Below are positions 60,303 through 64,000 of a stretch of 64,000 nucleotides of DNA, piece after piece. The translations under genes were made by a program, and so were the position numbers. This DNA is from Cyanophyceae cyanobacterium. GTDB lineage: Bacteria > Cyanobacteriota > Cyanobacteriia > Cyanobacteriales > Laspinemataceae. Numbering within the stretch: the first letter of the stretch is position 1; each line of letters begins with the position of its first letter. The stretch lies in the NCBI GenBank assembly GCA_038321985.1, contig JBBQFN010000023.1:21365-85364 (forward strand), given 5' to 3'. The notes beneath the pieces were generated by a model. That model had not been told where the DNA came from. It saw only the letters and a list, made by a program, of their open reading frames with translations, and did no database searches.

Positions 60303-60578
60303 ATGTCCGTTAAAGTTTTAATTCCAACTCCTCTGCAAAAGTTTACCAATGATAAAGCTACCGTGGACTGCGATGGCAATAATGTAGCGGAATTATTAGA
60401 CTCCCTAGAGTCTAATTGTCCGGGCATTAAAGAGCGTCTTTGTGATGAAAAAGGTCAGCTTCGGCGCTTTTTAAATGTCTATGTTAATGAAGAAGATATC
60501 CGCTTTTTAGACGGGACTGATACGCCTCTCAAGGAAGGGGATGAAGTGAGCATTGTCCCTGCTGTCGCCGGTGGCTAG
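60303..60578 (+). CDS. CysO-like ubiquitin-fold sulfur carrier (MoaD/ThiS family)
   Basis: [42 protein letters not shown]. Confidence 0.9.
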   Translation: MSVKVLIPTPLQKFTNDKATVDCDGNNVAELLDSLESNCPGIKERLCDEKGQLRRFLNVYVNEEDIRFLDGTDTPLKEGDEVSIVPAVAGG

Positions 60579-60584
60579 TTAGAC

Positions 60585-60617
60585 AACCAGCGGGGATTTT
60601 AAGCCCTGCTGGTTTTA
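60585..60617. terminator. Hairpin terminator between convergent genes
   Basis: AACCAGCGGGG...CCCTGCTGGTT followed by TT. Confidence 0.6.
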
Positions 60618-60962
60618 AATTTGCTCCTGAATTTGATTCGCCCAATCTAAGGCATTATCTACGGTTAAAACAATCCGCTTGTAGGATTCATCTCTTAACT
60701 CTAGGGTGAGATAATCTTTTTCTCGGGTAACATACCAAAATTCTTTGCCGCCGGGATTGTAATAAGTCCCGGCTTTAATCACTCCCGGTAAAAACGTTCC
60801 CGGCGCACGAATTTCGGCCCAATTGCTTTGGGGTTCAGCCGTGGAAACCGCGAGAATATGATTTAAGGGAATTGTGATAATTTTCTCAAAGCTGAACGCC
60901 CAGAATTGTTCCCAAAAGTCCAGTTCAATTTGTAACGTATCCAGAATTAAATTGAGCTTCAT
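60615..60962 (-). CDS. Conserved hypothetical protein (PH-like)
   Basis: IRAPGTFLPGVIKAGTYY..KEFW motif. Confidence 0.8.
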   Translation of the reverse strand: MKLNLILDTLQIELDFWEQFWAFSFEKIITIPLNHILAVSTAEPQSNWAEIRAPGTFLPGVIKAGTYYNPGGKEFWYVTREKDYLTLELRDESYKRIVLTVDNALDWANQIQEQI

Positions 60963-61004
60963 AGAGTTATAGGGTGAAAATAATTAAACGATTTTCACGT
61001 GAAA

Positions 61005-61059
61005 GGTGCGTCAGTTGAAAGGGTCTGGTTTTATCCCTTTTTTAGGGGTCTGACGCACC
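61005..61059. repeat. REP-like inverted repeat
   Basis: GGTGCGTCAG...CTGACGCACC. Confidence 0.55.
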
Positions 61060-61070
61060 CAATACCCCGG

Positions 61071-61100
61071 AATTGTCCAGAAATTGTTTTCTGGACAATT
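61071..61100 (-). terminator. Hairpin just after the topoisomerase gene stop
   Basis: AATTGTCCAGA-N8-TCTGGACAATT. Confidence 0.55.
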
Positions 61101-61102
61101 CC

Positions 61103-63703
61103 TTAGACATACTGTTCCGGTTCAGGGGAGGAAACACTCAGATAAATGAGGGTTTCTTTGGGTTCCAGTTTGATGATTCGATCGCCTGCGTCATCTTTGC
61201 GCTTTGATTTCACTGACTTAACTGGCAACCGCAAGAAGCGATCGCTACTGGTGAGTAACTTTAACTCCGCATCTGGAAGCGCTGCCACCATACCCACTAA
61301 CGCATCCGCCTTATTTTTAAACGTCATGGATTGAGTACCCAAATCCCCGGGTTTTGCTAGTCGGACTAAATCCATTGGCAACCGTTTCCCATATCCCAAC
61401 TGAGAGACGAGTAGGAGTTTCTCACTTGGACTGAGTGCTACACATCCGATCAAATTTTCACCCTTACCTAAGCGCAATGCCTGCTGTGGCATGGAGGCGC
61501 GACTGGTTACCGGCAGGTTGTCATCATCGATCGCAAATCGGAGTAATCGTCCCCCGGAAGTGGCGATCGCAATATCTTGTCCCACTGTCGCTAAATTGGC
61601 ATAGGCTAACGCATCCCCTTCTTTTAGCTTGACTGCCGTTAATCCTCGCGCCGTCAAATTGGCAAATTCTGACAGGGGTAGGCGTTTAATTCTTCCCCGT
61701 TCCGTCAGAAAGATTAAATCCAGGGTTTCTGGATAATCTGAGAGGATAAATTGAGTGGCGATCGCATCTGGATTGCCATGCACCGCAGGCGGAAATAAAC
61801 TCACGAAAGGCGTTTTCTTCGCGCTACGTTTGTTTGCCGGAATATCCCCAACTTTAATGGAAAATCCCTTGCCATCTCGGGTCAAAATTAGCACATCTTG
61901 ATCTGTAAAAGCAACGTGAGTTTCCACCACAAAATCCGCACCCGCTTCTAGGGTTTGAATCTCCGGATTTTCCTCCTGTTTCTGTTGCTGGCGCTCATAA
62001 GTGGACGGGGACAACCGTTGCACATACCCGCGTCGAGTAAATTCCAAAACCGTTTCTTCCGGTTCGGGAGGCGTAGCAAACAGCGGCAGAGAGGGTGCGA
62101 CTTCTTCCGGAATTTCTGCTTTTTTACCTTTGCGGGATTTGGCTTTGCTGGTTTCTTCCCCGGAGTCAGGAGTTGCCACCAGCACTGTCTCGCGATCGGG
62201 CGAAACCGTGTAAATTCGGGTCCGCCTAGGGTCGCCATATTTCTTTTTAAGCGATCGCAACTCTTTCTTTAACCCTTTGAGCAATTCTCGGCGATCGCCG
62301 AGTAACCGTTCCAACTCCTCCCTATGAGTATTCAGTTGGTCCTGTTCATCCTGCAATTTTTGCCGTTCCAATCCCGTTATCCGGCGCATTGGCATCCCTA
62401 AAATCGCATCAGCTTGGTTCTCAGTGAGTTCTAACTCGCTTTGCAACTCGACTTTTGCCGTGGTACCATCCGGTGCATTCCGCAAAATATCGATCAGTGC
62501 GTCTAAGTTGTTCAGCGCCTTGAGTAATCCTTCTACAATTTCCAAACGCTGCCGGGTGCGTTCTAACTCATGAGTGTAGAGACGATTGAGCGTTTGTTCC
62601 CGAAAAGTTAGGAACTCTTGCAACATTTGCCGCAGGGATAATTGGCGCGGTTGTGCCTCTACCAGTGCCAGCAGAATCGCACCAAAGTTATTTTGCAGCG
62701 CCGTTTGGTGATAGAGATGTTGCAGAACAACTTCGGGGTTCACTTCCCGTTTAAGTTCAATGACAACGCGAATCCCATCGCGATCGCTCTCGTCCCGAAG
62801 ATCAGAAATTCCATCTAAGCGCCCATGATTGACTAAATCCGCGATTTTTTCAATCCAGGCGGATTTATTCACCTGATAAGGTAATTCCGTCACCACGATC
62901 GCCTGACGCCGATGTTTGCCACGTCCCCCTTGAATTTCTTCAACTCGTGCCACCCCCCGCAACGGGATAATTCCCCGTCCCGTGGTGTAAGCCAATCGAA
63001 TACCTTCCGTATCAATAATTTCGCCCCCAGTGGGGAAATCGGGACCCGGAATCAGCGTAAATAATTTCTCGTCCGACAAATCAGGATTATCGATTAAAGC
63101 AATGAGTGCATCTACCACCTCCCCTAAATTGTGGGGGGGGACATTAGTTGCCATACCCACCGCAATTCCCGAACTGCCATTCAGCAGCAGCATGGGTAAT
63201 TGCGCCGGTAAAACAATAGGTTCTTGTTGAGAATTATCGAAATTTCCGATAAAATCAACTGTCGCTTCGCCGATTTCCTGAAGCATGGCATCGCTGCCAA
63301 TTTCGGCAAGGCGCGTTTCCGTATAACGCATTGCCGCTGGGGGGTCGTTATCTACCGAACCAAAATTGCCATGACCCGCGAGGAGGGGATACCGACTAGA
63401 GAAGTCCTGGATCATCCGCACCATCGCGTCATAAACGGATTGATCGCCGTGGGGGTGATATTTACCGAGGACATCCCCAACCACCCGAGCACATTTCCGA
63501 TAAGGGCGATCGGGAGATAATCCCAATTCGTGCATCGCGTACATAATCCGCCGGTGGACAGGCTTTAAGCCATCTCGAACGTCGGGTAACGCCCTCCCCA
63601 CGATCACACTCATGGCATATTCAAGATAGGACTGTTGCATTTCAACGTGCAAAGCAGTCGGGATAACCTGTCCAGTAGACAGTAGGTTCAATTGTTTAGC
63701 CAT
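61103..63703 (-). CDS. DNA gyrase/topoisomerase IV subunit A (second cyanobacterial paralog, ParC-like)
   Basis: [38 protein letters not shown]; no canonical GyrA-box in the C-terminal domain. Confidence 0.93.
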   Translation of the reverse strand: MAKQLNLLSTGQVIPTALHVEMQQSYLEYAMSVIVGRALPDVRDGLKPVHRRIMYAMHELGLSPDRPYRKCARVVGDVLGKYHPHGDQSVYDAMVRMIQDFSSRYPLLAGHGNFGSVDNDPPAAMRYTETRLAEIGSDAMLQEIGEATVDFIGNFDNSQQEPIVLPAQLPMLLLNGSSGIAVGMATNVPPHNLGEVVDALIALIDNPDLSDEKLFTLIPGPDFPTGGEIIDTEGIRLAYTTGRGIIPLRGVARVEEIQGGRGKHRRQAIVVTELPYQVNKSAWIEKIADLVNHGRLDGISDLRDESDRDGIRVVIELKREVNPEVVLQHLYHQTALQNNFGAILLALVEAQPRQLSLRQMLQEFLTFREQTLNRLYTHELERTRQRLEIVEGLLKALNNLDALIDILRNAPDGTTAKVELQSELELTENQADAILGMPMRRITGLERQKLQDEQDQLNTHREELERLLGDRRELLKGLKKELRSLKKKYGDPRRTRIYTVSPDRETVLVATPDSGEETSKAKSRKGKKAEIPEEVAPSLPLFATPPEPEETVLEFTRRGYVQRLSPSTYERQQQKQEENPEIQTLEAGADFVVETHVAFTDQDVLILTRDGKGFSIKVGDIPANKRSAKKTPFVSLFPPAVHGNPDAIATQFILSDYPETLDLIFLTERGRIKRLPLSEFANLTARGLTAVKLKEGDALAYANLATVGQDIAIATSGGRLLRFAIDDDNLPVTSRASMPQQALRLGKGENLIGCVALSPSEKLLLVSQLGYGKRLPMDLVRLAKPGDLGTQSMTFKNKADALVGMVAALPDAELKLLTSSDRFLRLPVKSVKSKRKDDAGDRIIKLEPKETLIYLSVSSPEPEQYV

Positions 63704-63876
63704 GAGTTTCGTTCCTTAAACCAAACCAACTTCCAACAGTGTCCTGCTTTTTTGCGCTCAATAACGCTATCGTTAGCGAATAGAAGAAGATCGGAGGACA
63801 CTTTGTCAGCGTACTATCATTCCTGACAGTCTGACGATAAAGCGCATCCGATTGATTAAATGAAAAGGAAAGGGAT

Positions 63877-64000
63877 ATGAGAACCGTTCTAATTGTGGAG
63901 GACGATCTGGTCAACGCTAGGGTTTTCTCTAAAATCCTCACCAAGCGGGGTGGCCTCAATGTCAAGCATACCGAAAATGTGGAAGAGGTGATGCAAATTG
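63877..64000 (+). CDS. devR: DevR/DivK-like single-domain response regulator (truncated by window end)
   Basis: MRTVLIVEDDLVNARVFSKILTKRGGLNVKHTENVEEVMQI, divergent from the topoisomerase gene. Confidence 0.85.
   Translation, partial: MRTVLIVEDDLVNARVFSKILTKRGGLNVKHTENVEEVMQI

Noticed and set aside
39989..63703. Further inteins in ruvB, clpP or the topoisomerase gene
   Set aside because: Lengths and motif spacing are normal; no C...HN-S/T/C insert

Overview
Chromosomal segment of a filamentous, probably Oscillatoriales-type, cyanobacterium. The basis is dense HIP1 GCGATCGC octamers, sigF, clpR-clpP3, PSRP-3/ycf65, devR, a heptamer STRR and GTAG-type REP-like palindromes. Most of it is housekeeping (tsf, rpsB with its leader RNA, ABC-F, argG, ruvB, obgE, clpR/clpP, a GyrA/ParC-family subunit) around a ~19 kb glycan region (20.2-39.3 kb). 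Four things stand out. (1) gmd (GDP-mannose 4,6-dehydratase) is interrupted in frame by a 327-aa intein with a decayed LAGLIDADG domain. (2) A Wzm/Wzt(+C-terminal domain) polysaccharide cluster carries two sulfotransferases, three methyltransferases and a coiled-coil glycosyltransferase; two of these proteins share a 'TSKFWK' C-terminal tag. (3) A 2448-aa WD40 / Ig-like super-repeat / APAF1-helical-like / variable WD40 chimera with no visible NTPase sits in a HIP1-poor accessory island. (4) A 'threonine synthase' lies between two Gly-Gly sulfur carriers (one CysO-like) behind an Rrf2-like 9-7-9 palindrome, suggesting carrier-dependent sulfur incorporation. I saw no tRNA, rRNA, CRISPR array or intact transposase. 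All calls are by-eye motif recognition; no database searches were run.
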